A DNA stretch of 64,000 nucleotides, from NCBI GenBank assembly GCA_964504875.1, contig CAZDFJ010000010.1:1161-65160 (forward strand), read 5' to 3'. The position numbers were made by a program, and so were the translations under genes. The notes beneath the pieces are model-generated. The model worked only from the letters and a program-made list of their open reading frames with translations. It searched no databases and was not told where the DNA came from. Below, piece after piece: positions 47,854 through 57,070 of the stretch; positions within the stretch are counted from its first letter, which is position 1, and each line of letters opens with the position of its first letter. This DNA comes from an uncultured Burkholderiales bacterium (GTDB taxonomy: Bacteria > Pseudomonadota > Gammaproteobacteria > Burkholderiales > CAZDFJ01).

Positions 47854-48378
47854 TTAGTCTTTTTTCAGAATTTTTTCTTGTAAATGCTCATTTTTCTTGA
47901 TAATTTTTGCAGCATTGGCCTCCCGATCAGCCCGTAAACGGGCTGTTAATTCGGGATCGCTTAAAGCCAAAATTTGAGCGGCCAAATACCCCGCATTTTT
48001 TGCCCCAGCTTTACCAATTGCGACGCAAGCCACCGGAATTCCTCCCGGCATTTGAACAGTTGACAACAAGGCATCCATGCCTTTGAGCGGCCCGCCATCC
48101 ATTGGAATACCAATCACAGGACGAACCGTTAAACTAGCAATGACCCCGCCTAAATGAGCAGCTAACCCTGCCGCAGCCACAAACACGCCACATCCGCGGG
48201 CTTCCGCATCTTTCACAAAAGCATGCGTGGCGTCAGGGGTCCGATGAGCGGATAACACGCGGACTTCCCACGTAATCCCTAAATCACTTAATGTTTCTAA
48301 TGTACTTTCAACCACAGGTAAATCAGAATCTGAGCCCATTAATACGGCAACAAAAGGGGCATTTTGATGATTTGACAT
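47854..48378 (-). CDS. purE: N5-carboxyaminoimidazole ribonucleotide mutase
   Basis: PurE fold signature VAVLMGSDSDLPV ... AAGLAAHLGGVIAS ... PVIGIP. No purK is adjacent. Confidence 0.9.
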   Translation of the reverse strand: MSNHQNAPFVAVLMGSDSDLPVVESTLETLSDLGITWEVRVLSAHRTPDATHAFVKDAEARGCGVFVAAAGLAAHLGGVIASLTVRPVIGIPMDGGPLKGMDALLSTVQMPGGIPVACVAIGKAGAKNAGYLAAQILALSDPELTARLRADREANAAKIIKKNEHLQEKILKKD

Positions 48379-48413
48379 AACGTAAAACCTTTTACTTAAT
48401 AAAAAATAATTTT

Positions 48414-49703
48414 TTAAACAATCCGTTTAATTGCCCGATAACCAATGTCACGACGCATTTGCATGCCATTAAAATGAATTTGGTCAGCGGCTTGGTATGC
48501 TGCTTGCTGTGCCAGCTTAGCATTATCCCCTAAAGCGGTCACACAGAGCACGCGGCCGCCATGCGTGACTACTTGTCCTGTGTGCGGATGGTTTGTCGTC
48601 CCCGCATGAAAAACATGAACATCTGAATTAAATGCATTGTGGGGAGGTAATCCGTGAATAACATCACCTTTTTCTGGTGTGTCTGGATAATTTTTTGCAG
48701 CAATGACGACACCAAGAGCGGTGCGTCGATCCCATTCTGCCACGACTTTATCTAATTCGCCGTAAACCGCCGCGCGCAGCAATGTGACTAAATCACTTTT
48801 CAGACGCATCATAATCGGTTGCGTTTCGGGATCACCCATACGACAATTAAATTCTAAAACTTTGGGATTGCCTTGCGCATCAATCATTAGGCCGGCATAA
48901 AGAAACCCTGTAAATAAAATGCCATCCGCAGACATGCCATTTACTGTAGGCATAATAACTTCGCGCATAATTCTCGCATGTAAATCAGGTGTCAAAATGG
49001 GCGCAGGAGAATAAGCGCCCATCCCACCTGTATTGGGTCCCATATCATGGTCAAGTAAACGTTTATGATCTTGGCTCGATGCTAAAGGTAAAACATGGTG
49101 GCCATCACTCATGACAATAAAGCTGACTTCTTCGCCGAGCAGACACTCTTCGATCACGACACGCGCCCCAGCTTCCCCAAATTTGTTTCCGGCTAACATT
49201 TCATCAACGGCTGCATGAGCTGTGGCTAAATCTTCTGCCACAATCACGCCTTTTCCTGCCGCTAATCCATCTGCTTTAATGACAATCGGGGCGCCTTCTT
49301 GTTCCAAATAGGCATGCGCTTCTGTTGCATCAGTAAAAGTTTGATATTTTGCAGTTGGAATGTTATGTCTTACCATAAATTGTTTTGCAAAATCTTTTGA
49401 ACTTTCAAGTTGGGCTGCGAGCTTAGAAGGCCCAAAAATCTTTAAGCCGGCCCCACGAAAAACATCGACAATCCCAGCAGCCAGCGGCGCTTCTGGTCCA
49501 ACGACCGTGAGATCGATTTTTTCATTAATCGCAAAGCTGACTAAAGCATACATATCAGTAATGTCAATATTTTCGACATTTTCCTCAATGGCAGTGCCTG
49601 CATTTCCTGCTGCTACGAATACACGTGTGATACGAGGAGATTGCGCCAATTTCCAAGCGAGAGCATGTTCCCGCCCGCCGTTTCCTATGACTAAGATTTT
49701 CAT
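48414..49703 (-). CDS. purD: phosphoribosylamine-glycine ligase
   Basis: N-terminus [19 protein letters not shown] and an ATP-grasp core. ATG 49703 chosen by homology; the track start at 49718 is TTG. Confidence 0.95.
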   Translation of the reverse strand: MKILVIGNGGREHALAWKLAQSPRITRVFVAAGNAGTAIEENVENIDITDMYALVSFAINEKIDLTVVGPEAPLAAGIVDVFRGAGLKIFGPSKLAAQLESSKDFAKQFMVRHNIPTAKYQTFTDATEAHAYLEQEGAPIVIKADGLAAGKGVIVAEDLATAHAAVDEMLAGNKFGEAGARVVIEECLLGEEVSFIVMSDGHHVLPLASSQDHKRLLDHDMGPNTGGMGAYSPAPILTPDLHARIMREVIMPTVNGMSADGILFTGFLYAGLMIDAQGNPKVLEFNCRMGDPETQPIMMRLKSDLVTLLRAAVYGELDKVVAEWDRRTALGVVIAAKNYPDTPEKGDVIHGLPPHNAFNSDVHVFHAGTTNHPHTGQVVTHGGRVLCVTALGDNAKLAQQAAYQAADQIHFNGMQMRRDIGYRAIKRIV

Positions 49704-49803
49704 ACAGTGCATTCCCAAAAATAAAATAAAAAAACAATATCAATCATATCGTCCAGTTTAGGTGATGTATCACAAAACTGGACACCCTTTTTTTAATCAA
49801 CAA

Positions 49804-51366
49804 TTAGTGGCGGAAATGGCGAATTCCTGTAAAGATCATCGCAATATCATGTTCATTCGCAGCAGCAATAACTTCTTCATCACGAATACTGCCACCAGGT
49901 TGAATAATGGCACTCGCCCCTGCCGCAGCTAAGACATCGACTCCATCACGGAATGGAAAAAAGGCATCTGACGCAGCAACGGATCCTTGTAAAACCAATC
50001 CAGCATGTTCAGCTTTTAATTGTGCAATTTTAGTGCTATCCACACGACTCATTTGGCCGGCCCCCACCCCTAATAATTGCCCGTTTCCAGCAAAAACAAT
50101 GGCATTGGATTTAACAAATTTAGCCACATTCCATGCAAAAAATAAATCATTAATTTGTGTTGAAGTCGGTTGTTTTTTCGTTACAATCCGACAATCTTTT
50201 TCTGTCAAAATATGATCATCGCTGGATTGAATCAATAAGCCCCCGCTCACTCGTTTGTAATCCAACATAGGGCTATTTTCTAAACTTGGAACAGTCAAGA
50301 CGCGTACATTTTGTTTCGTCGCCAAAATGGCCTGGGCTTCCGCAGTCAGGCTTGGAACAATTAAGACTTCTAAAAATTGTTTTGTGACCGCTTCCGCAGT
50401 GACAGCATCTAATTCACGATTAAAGGCGATAATTCCGCCAAATGCAGAAGTCGCGTCTGTTTTAAATGCTTTTTGATAAGCCAGTAAAGTATTTTCAGCA
50501 ACGGCAACGCCACATGGATTCGCATGTTTGACAATAACGCAAGCCGGCGCAGTAAATTGTTTCACACATCCCCAAGCCGCATCACTATCTGCAATATTAT
50601 TATAAGAAAGTTCTTTGCCTTGTTGCTGTGTAAAATTAGCTAAACTTCCTAAAGCAGGTTTGGCTTCCACATAGAATGCGGCGTTTTGATGTGGATTCTC
50701 ACCATAACGCAAAGATTGAGCTTTTTTATACTGAACGGTATAAACATCTGGGAATGCTTGCCGAGAACCCTCTTGATTTAAGCTTGTTAAATAATTGCTA
50801 ATGGCCGCATCATATTCTGCAGTATGAGAAAAAGCCTTTTTGGCCAAATCAAAACGCAGTTCTTTGCCAATTGCGCCTTGTGTAGATTGTAATTCTTGCG
50901 TGACTTTTTGATAATCTATTGGATCAGTAATAATGGCAACATGTTGATAATTTTTAGCCGCCGCCCGCACCATCGTAGGGCCGCCAATATCAATATTTTC
51001 AATGGCATCTTCAAAACTACAATTTGGATTTGCTACAGTTTCACGGAAAGGATATAAATTGACAACCACTAAATCGATCCCTTCAATTTCCGCACTTTTC
51101 ATGGCTTCTTGGTGAGAGGTCAATTCGCGACGCGCTAAAATTCCCCCATGAATTTTAGGATGTAATGTTTTCACACGACCATCCATCATTTCAGGAAAAC
51201 CTGTATGTTCAGAAACTTCAATCACATCGATTTGATTGTCTGCGAGTAATTTCGCTGTGCCACCTGTAGAAAGAATTTTTACACCAAAAGATTTAAGGAC
51301 TTGTGCAAATTCGACCAGACCTGTCTTGTCTGATACACTTAAAATTGCTGTTTTAATAATACTCAT
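49804..51366 (-). CDS. purH: bifunctional AICAR transformylase / IMP cyclohydrolase
   Basis: 520 aa. N-terminal MGS-like domain [10 protein letters not shown]-type ([14 protein letters not shown]) and a C-terminal AICARFT domain ending FRH. Confidence 0.95.
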   Translation of the reverse strand: MSIIKTAILSVSDKTGLVEFAQVLKSFGVKILSTGGTAKLLADNQIDVIEVSEHTGFPEMMDGRVKTLHPKIHGGILARRELTSHQEAMKSAEIEGIDLVVVNLYPFRETVANPNCSFEDAIENIDIGGPTMVRAAAKNYQHVAIITDPIDYQKVTQELQSTQGAIGKELRFDLAKKAFSHTAEYDAAISNYLTSLNQEGSRQAFPDVYTVQYKKAQSLRYGENPHQNAAFYVEAKPALGSLANFTQQQGKELSYNNIADSDAAWGCVKQFTAPACVIVKHANPCGVAVAENTLLAYQKAFKTDATSAFGGIIAFNRELDAVTAEAVTKQFLEVLIVPSLTAEAQAILATKQNVRVLTVPSLENSPMLDYKRVSGGLLIQSSDDHILTEKDCRIVTKKQPTSTQINDLFFAWNVAKFVKSNAIVFAGNGQLLGVGAGQMSRVDSTKIAQLKAEHAGLVLQGSVAASDAFFPFRDGVDVLAAAGASAIIQPGGSIRDEEVIAAANEHDIAMIFTGIRHFRH

Positions 51367-51428
51367 AACTTTTTTTTTGCCTATGAATACGAATGATAAT
51401 CGAAATAGATTGAAAGAGAAGGAATGGG

Positions 51429-52439
51429 CTAAACCGTTTCTTCTTGTTGTTGATAGACCAAACGGGAATGGATTAACCCCAATGAATCAAAAAATACTTG
51501 AACAGAAGTGATTTGCTCATCAATTGTTTGTAATTGATTCATCTGGTGACGAAAAGCCGCCGAACCCACTAACCCTTTTGTATACCAAGAAATGTGTTTT
51601 CGGGCCATTCTAACACCCGTATGCTCTCCATAAAAAGCATACAAGTCTTCTAAGTGTGCTTTGAGAATCTGATAGATTTCGGAAACTTCAGGAGGAGGAA
51701 GGAGCGCCCCTGTGTTGAGATAGTGATCAATTTCCCGAAAAAGCCAAGGTCTCCCTTGTGCAGCGCGTCCAATCATGACGGCATCTGCTTTGGTATAATC
51801 CAAAACAAATTTTGCTTTTTCTGGGGAAATAATATCGCCATTTGCAATAATTGGGATCTGAACATGTGTTTTCACCTCGGCGATAGTATCATATTCTGCT
51901 TCACCAGTATAGCCACACGCCCGTGTCCGCCCATGGATTGCCAAGGCTTGAATCCCGCATGATTCTGCAATCTTCGCGATTTGAATTGCATTTTTTGTTG
52001 TTTTATCCCACCCTGTCCGAATTTTAAGGGTAACAGGAACAGGAACAGCACGAATCACGGCTTCTAAAATACGTGTCACCAATTGTTCATCTTTGAGTAG
52101 CGCAGAACCCGCCATCACATTACAGATTTTTTTCGCGGGACAACCCATATTAATATCAATGATTTGCGCACCGTGATCGACATTATGTTGTGCCGCGCGC
52201 GCCATCATTTCAGGATCGGCCCCTGCAATTTGGACAGAGATCGGTTCGACTTCGCCTTCATGATTTGCCCGCCGTTTTGTTTTTTCACTTCCCCACAAAA
52301 GTGAGTTGCTTGCAACCATTTCAGAAACAGCCATGCCTGCCCCAAAATGTTTACACAATTGACGAAACGGACGATCCGTCACACCTGCCATCGGGGCAAC
52401 AATTAAATTATTTTTTAATGGATAAGGACCAATTTGCAT
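51429..52439 (-). CDS. dusB: tRNA-dihydrouridine synthase B
   Basis: Dus family motifs [37 protein letters not shown]. Confidence 0.9.
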   Translation of the reverse strand: MQIGPYPLKNNLIVAPMAGVTDRPFRQLCKHFGAGMAVSEMVASNSLLWGSEKTKRRANHEGEVEPISVQIAGADPEMMARAAQHNVDHGAQIIDINMGCPAKKICNVMAGSALLKDEQLVTRILEAVIRAVPVPVTLKIRTGWDKTTKNAIQIAKIAESCGIQALAIHGRTRACGYTGEAEYDTIAEVKTHVQIPIIANGDIISPEKAKFVLDYTKADAVMIGRAAQGRPWLFREIDHYLNTGALLPPPEVSEIYQILKAHLEDLYAFYGEHTGVRMARKHISWYTKGLVGSAAFRHQMNQLQTIDEQITSVQVFFDSLGLIHSRLVYQQQEETV

Positions 52440-52781
52440 TATTAGTTGAATAAATTTGGAGTACAGATAAAAACGTTATTTTAAAGCGAAACGCTAAATA
52501 ATTGAACTTTTTTGTGTGGTTTTAACGTAGTTTTCCTTTGTTTTAAGTTCGTTCCCGAAGGGAATACAACGCTTTTAAAAACTCGCCCCACAAATCCTGT
52601 CATAATCTTTTATTTTTATAAAAAAATTAATAATATCAATTAATATTATTTCAACAAAAATATAGTTCTTTATTATAAATCATACCTTAGTTTGACTATT
52701 TTGGATAGACATTCTAGAATAAAATAAAATAAAACTTTTGAGTGATTTTTATTATGATTTATCTAAAAATAAAAGCAAAGC

Positions 52782-52827
52782 CTACTGAATAATATTAAAT
52801 ATCGCTACTGAATAATATAAAATTATG
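52782..52827 (+). repeat. two-copy 23-bp tandem direct repeat upstream of the 725-aa ORF
   Basis: Unit 1 is ctactgaataatattaaatatcg (52782-52804) and unit 2 is ctactgaataatataaaattatg (52805-52827). They match at 20/23 positions, and the first 14 nt are identical. Confidence 0.8.
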
Positions 52828-52872
52828 CATCTACACTGCTGCTTTTGGCTGGCAAACTGACTTTTTTATTTT

Positions 52873-55050
52873 ATGAAAAGAGAGAATCAACAAAATATGG
52901 ATGAATCCCAAAATTCTATAAAAAAATGGCGTTTCTTTAGGGCGGGAGGATTTGACCAAGTCCGAATTGAGACAGGTGCTGAATTAATTGCGCTTGATAC
53001 GCTTGATCAAAAATTATGGGTGTCCTTGGGTTGCCCAATTCAAGGACTTGAATTTGATGCGCGTACACTGGAGTTGCTTGATTTGGACGGTGACCAACAT
53101 ATTCGTGCTCCAGAACTGCTTGCCGCTTTGGCCTGGACAAAAAATCGTTTGGCCGATGTGGAAGCCCTCGCCCGTGATGAACCCCTTGCCCTCGCTTCAA
53201 TCAATTTGGAAACACCAGAAGGTCAAAAAATCTATGCGTCCGCGAAGACTATTTTGACACACTTAGGTAAAAAAGAGGCGATGCATATCTCGGTGGAAGA
53301 AGCCTCGCAGCGCCATTTGTTGTTTCCACCCCATGAGCCCAATGGAGATGGCATTATTCCTCCAGAACTGGCTTCAGATTTGATTGTTCGAGAAACAATT
53401 CAAACTATTTTGACAGTATTTGGTGGAGAAAAAGATAGAAGTGAAGCGATGGGAATTACCCAAGAGCAAGCGGATCGTTTTTTTACGGAAGTGGCGCAAT
53501 ATCTCAATTGGTATGATGCGCAACGCCCTTTACTTTTTCCTTTAGGGGAGCAGACCGCAGAAGCATGGGCCGTATTGCAGCCGGTCAAAGAAAAAATTGA
53601 TGATTATTTTATGCGTTGCCAATTAGGATTATTTGATGCCATTTCGACTCCTTATTTAAACAGTATTGCAGAGGATTGGCAGACTATTCGCACTGAAATA
53701 TTAACACCTGAAACAGTCCAGTTAAAACAACTTCCGTTGGCAAGAATCATTCCAAACCAACCCCTTCCTTTAAAATTTGGCCTCAATCCGGCTTGGGCAA
53801 GCGCCATTAAACAAGTCCAAAAAGTGGTATTTAATTCTTTATTTGGCCATGAGTATGATTCTCTTTCTGAGACACAATGGCATGCACTTTTAACAAAGTT
53901 TGAAGGGTACGCAACATGGGCACAAGAAAATGCCCAAAATCCTCTCTCGGTTATTCCGTTGAATACTTTGCGCCTTATGAATAATCCTCACATACAAACT
54001 CAAATTAATCAATTAATTCACATGGATCTTGCGGTTGCAGAAGAAGCAAATAGCATTGAAGATGTTGAAAAACTTGCGCGTTATTGTCGTGATTTAATGC
54101 GTTTGGCTAACAATTTTGTTTCTTTTACAGATTTTTATCAACGGCGGCGCAAAGCATTATTTCAGGCCGGAACATTATATTTAGATGGCCGATCTTGCGA
54201 ATTATGTCTTTATGTGACAGATTTAGCGCGGCATAATCAATTGGCGAGTTTAAGTAAATTATATCTTGTTTATTGTGACTGTGTTCGTGGCACAGAAAAA
54301 ATCACGATCGTTGCCAGTTTTACTGCTGGGGATAGCGAACAATTAATGTTAGGCCGAAATGGGATTTTTTATGATCATCAAGGACAAGATTGGCATGCAA
54401 CGGTGATCAAAATTATTGATAATCCGATAGGCTTGCGTCAAGCTTTTTGGAGTCCCTACAAAAAAGTAGGCGGGATGATTACAGAGCAACTGCAAAAATT
54501 TGCGGCGGCGAAAGCGAAAGGGGTTGAAGAAAATACAAGCAAAGCAATTATTCAATCGACCGCCACAAAATTGAACACAACCCGTCCCCCCGCTCCGGCC
54601 GCCCCAACGCCTTTTGATATCAGTAAATTTGCAGGGATTTTTGCTGCATTAGGATTGGCAATGGGGGCATTAGGCACTGCGGTCGCATCTATTATCACAG
54701 GCCTGCTCTCTCTTAAATTTTGGCAAATTCCACTGGCTTTGTTCGGCGTTCTTTTGACGATTTCAGGGCCATCTTTAGTGATGGCGTGGTTTAAACTCAA
54801 AGGGCGCACTCTTGCGCCTTTATTAGACGCAAATGGTTGGGCTATTAATGCCCGGGCCAAAATTAATATTCCATTTGGCACAACATTGACGCAAGTGGCT
54901 ACTTTACCACCCAATGCCGAACGGGCGCTTTTTGATCCGTTTGCAGAAAAACGGCCGCGTTGGTATTGGATTATGGGGTTGGTGATTTTTTTATTAATCA
55001 GTTCAGGTTTGATTGGGTGGTTTATTTTTAGAACTCGTTCAGTGTTATAA
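52873..55050 (+). CDS. hypothetical EF-hand-containing protein with C-terminal 3-TM anchor
   Basis: 725-aa ORF with an EF-hand loop DLDGDQHIRAPE (nt 53080-53115), a Pro/Ala linker and three C-terminal hydrophobic helices. I do not recognise the family. Confidence 0.6.
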   Translation: MKRENQQNMDESQNSIKKWRFFRAGGFDQVRIETGAELIALDTLDQKLWVSLGCPIQGLEFDARTLELLDLDGDQHIRAPELLAALAWTKNRLADVEALARDEPLALASINLETPEGQKIYASAKTILTHLGKKEAMHISVEEASQRHLLFPPHEPNGDGIIPPELASDLIVRETIQTILTVFGGEKDRSEAMGITQEQADRFFTEVAQYLNWYDAQRPLLFPLGEQTAEAWAVLQPVKEKIDDYFMRCQLGLFDAISTPYLNSIAEDWQTIRTEILTPETVQLKQLPLARIIPNQPLPLKFGLNPAWASAIKQVQKVVFNSLFGHEYDSLSETQWHALLTKFEGYATWAQENAQNPLSVIPLNTLRLMNNPHIQTQINQLIHMDLAVAEEANSIEDVEKLARYCRDLMRLANNFVSFTDFYQRRRKALFQAGTLYLDGRSCELCLYVTDLARHNQLASLSKLYLVYCDCVRGTEKITIVASFTAGDSEQLMLGRNGIFYDHQGQDWHATVIKIIDNPIGLRQAFWSPYKKVGGMITEQLQKFAAAKAKGVEENTSKAIIQSTATKLNTTRPPAPAAPTPFDISKFAGIFAALGLAMGALGTAVASIITGLLSLKFWQIPLALFGVLLTISGPSLVMAWFKLKGRTLAPLLDANGWAINARAKINIPFGTTLTQVATLPPNAERALFDPFAEKRPRWYWIMGLVIFLLISSGLIGWFIFRTRSVL

Positions 55051-55065
55051 TAAAAAAATAAAAAA

Positions 55066-55089
55066 GGGCGAAATGATCGCCCTTTTTTT
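55066..55089. terminator. bidirectional terminator between the 725-aa ORF and thrB
   Basis: GGGCGA-aatga-TCGCCC hairpin (55066-55082) followed by T7 (55083-55089). An A-rich run lies upstream. Confidence 0.85.
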
Positions 55090-55108
55090 GCATTAAATTT
55101 TAATCATT

Positions 55109-56071
55109 TTAAACTAATAGCGTGTCTAAATGCGCAAGGGCATGATCTGTATTATAATGTGCTAACAAATTACCAAACCATTTGGGATCTTTCGCGTGAG
55201 TTAATTCACCTTCGCGAGGATAATAATAATCATATAGACGCGATAACCAAAAACGCAAGGCGCCCGCGCGTAACATTCTGTTCCAGTGGGGTATTTCTGT
55301 CTCAGTAAAAGGCCGCACCGCGTGGTATGCACGTAAAAAAGCCATCGCTTTAGTCGGATCAGGTAAACCTTCTGAGGTTAAACACCAATCATTCAGTGTA
55401 ATAGCAATGTCATATAAGAGAATATCATAACAGGCGAAATAAAAATCAATTAACCCAGACAGTATTTTTTCATCAAACATGGCATTATCGCGGAACAAAT
55501 CAGCATGGACAACACCACGAGGTAAATTGAGCAAATCAAAATCAGACTGGAAAGAAACTTCTTGGGCGAGCCGGTCGGCATCGAGAGGAGAAAGATGGGG
55601 GATCACTTTTGGCGCGGTCTGCATTCGCCAGTTTTGTCCGCGAGGATTCGGCATCTTTTGCGCACTTTCAAAACTTTGGCTCGCCAGATGTAACTGTGCT
55701 AAGACGCGCCCGACTTGTTCACATTGGGACACCGAAGGTTCCATAATAGAACGGCCTTTTAAACGGGTAACCAAGCAGGCTGGTTTTTCATTTAAAGTCC
55801 GTAAAAATGCAGCATCCCGCGCATGGATCGGCATTGGACAAGGAACATTATGATGTGACAAATGATCCATCAATTCTAAAAACCATGGCAATTCATGATG
55901 CGTTAATTTTTCGAATAACGTCAAGACGAATTGCCCTTTTGTGGTCGTCACAAAATAATTTGTATTTTCAATTCCCGATGAAATCCCTTCATATTCAAGA
56001 AGATCCCCTAAATCATAATGGGTTAACCAATCGATGAGTTCTTTCTGACTAACAGTAGTATAAACAGACAT
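55109..56071 (-). CDS. thrB: homoserine kinase, APH-fold (Pseudomonas-type ThrB)
   Basis: 320 aa with N-terminus MSVYT...GIENTNYFVTT and kinase catalytic region VVHADLFRDN. It follows a DUF2782 gene, as in pseudomonads. Confidence 0.85.
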   Translation of the reverse strand: MSVYTTVSQKELIDWLTHYDLGDLLEYEGISSGIENTNYFVTTTKGQFVLTLFEKLTHHELPWFLELMDHLSHHNVPCPMPIHARDAAFLRTLNEKPACLVTRLKGRSIMEPSVSQCEQVGRVLAQLHLASQSFESAQKMPNPRGQNWRMQTAPKVIPHLSPLDADRLAQEVSFQSDFDLLNLPRGVVHADLFRDNAMFDEKILSGLIDFYFACYDILLYDIAITLNDWCLTSEGLPDPTKAMAFLRAYHAVRPFTETEIPHWNRMLRAGALRFWLSRLYDYYYPREGELTHAKDPKWFGNLLAHYNTDHALAHLDTLLV

Positions 56072-56108
56072 AATGACAAAAAAACAAGAAAATAAATGAT
56101 TATGTGAT

Positions 56109-56465
56109 TTAGAATTCTAAAATCACCCATTGCGGCACTTTAAGTTTTTGCCCATCAATATCGCTAAAACGCTCAAACTCGCCTCGCCCTGTATGATCAA
56201 CTAAATAGTACGGGCGCCCTTTGTGAGGGATCACTTTGATCATATAGAGTTTACCATGCAAACGATATTCTTCTAATTTCGCATTCCCTTTTTGAATAAT
56301 CCGAATATCTGGCTTTTCGTTCGGATCGGGCGTCAGATCAGAAGCCATGACTTCAGGTTCACTTTGATGTATTTCGGGTGGAGGAAGCGGGGTTTGTGCT
56401 TGCCCCCAAAGTGGGACCATCCACAAGAATAGTCCAATTATTTTGAGTAGTTTTGTTTTTTTCAT
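56109..56465 (-). CDS. DUF2782 family secreted protein
   Basis: Signal peptide MKKTKLLKIIGLFLWMVPLWGQAQ and the DUF2782 core EEYRLHGKLYMIKVIPHKGRPYYLVD. ATG 56465 preferred over the track TTG 56534. Confidence 0.65.
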   Translation of the reverse strand: MKKTKLLKIIGLFLWMVPLWGQAQTPLPPPEIHQSEPEVMASDLTPDPNEKPDIRIIQKGNAKLEEYRLHGKLYMIKVIPHKGRPYYLVDHTGRGEFERFSDIDGQKLKVPQWVILEF

Positions 56466-57070
56466 AATTTTAACGTGGTTTTCACGCGCGCCCTGCTCTT
56501 TAAAAATCCAAGCTATCACAATCAATGAGAACAAAATGTTTTATTTCATAAAATCAACCCTGAAATCATCGGGATCATTAACAGATTTGTTATCCAGCCT
56601 TTTTATTAGAAAAGACGCTCTTGTTAATGGGAGCGTATTTCTTCCTTTTGTTTTTTTATTTTAGCATTATTTTGTAGATTGCATATTATTTGCCATTCAA
56701 GATTATTTTTTTTTCCAGAAAAAGAAATTTTATGACATAAATAATGTATTATATTTTTTATCACAGAAAAAGATCTTTCAAATAAAAAGACTATCTAATT
56801 ATCCACAAATTCGCTGGAAAATTAGTTGTATTAGAATACATGAATACAATAAATTTACCAGAACATATTTTATAAACTTAACGAAAAATTTATTTTTATT
56901 AAAAAAGTTCTAAAAAAATGCATATTCTTTTTACTTCATTTCGCTTAAAATATGAAAATCTGATGTGCGCCTGTTTTTCTTATTCAGATCAAACGCTTTA
57001 ACAATTATTTAAACAATTTTGTTTTTTGGCAGTAATATCACAGTTCTTTGCATTGGGTTGAGTACACTGT

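Noticed and set aside
52782-52827. Possible CRISPR or minisatellite.
   Set aside because: There are only two adjacent 23-bp copies with no spacers. No cas genes occur anywhere in the window. I treat it as a regulatory-type tandem repeat instead.
57027-57052. Sigma-54-like TGGCAG ... TTGCA upstream of the MCP gene.
   Set aside because: The GG and GC dinucleotides are 22 nt apart rather than the required 12. I also saw no sigma-28 (TAAA-N15-GCCGATAA) match.
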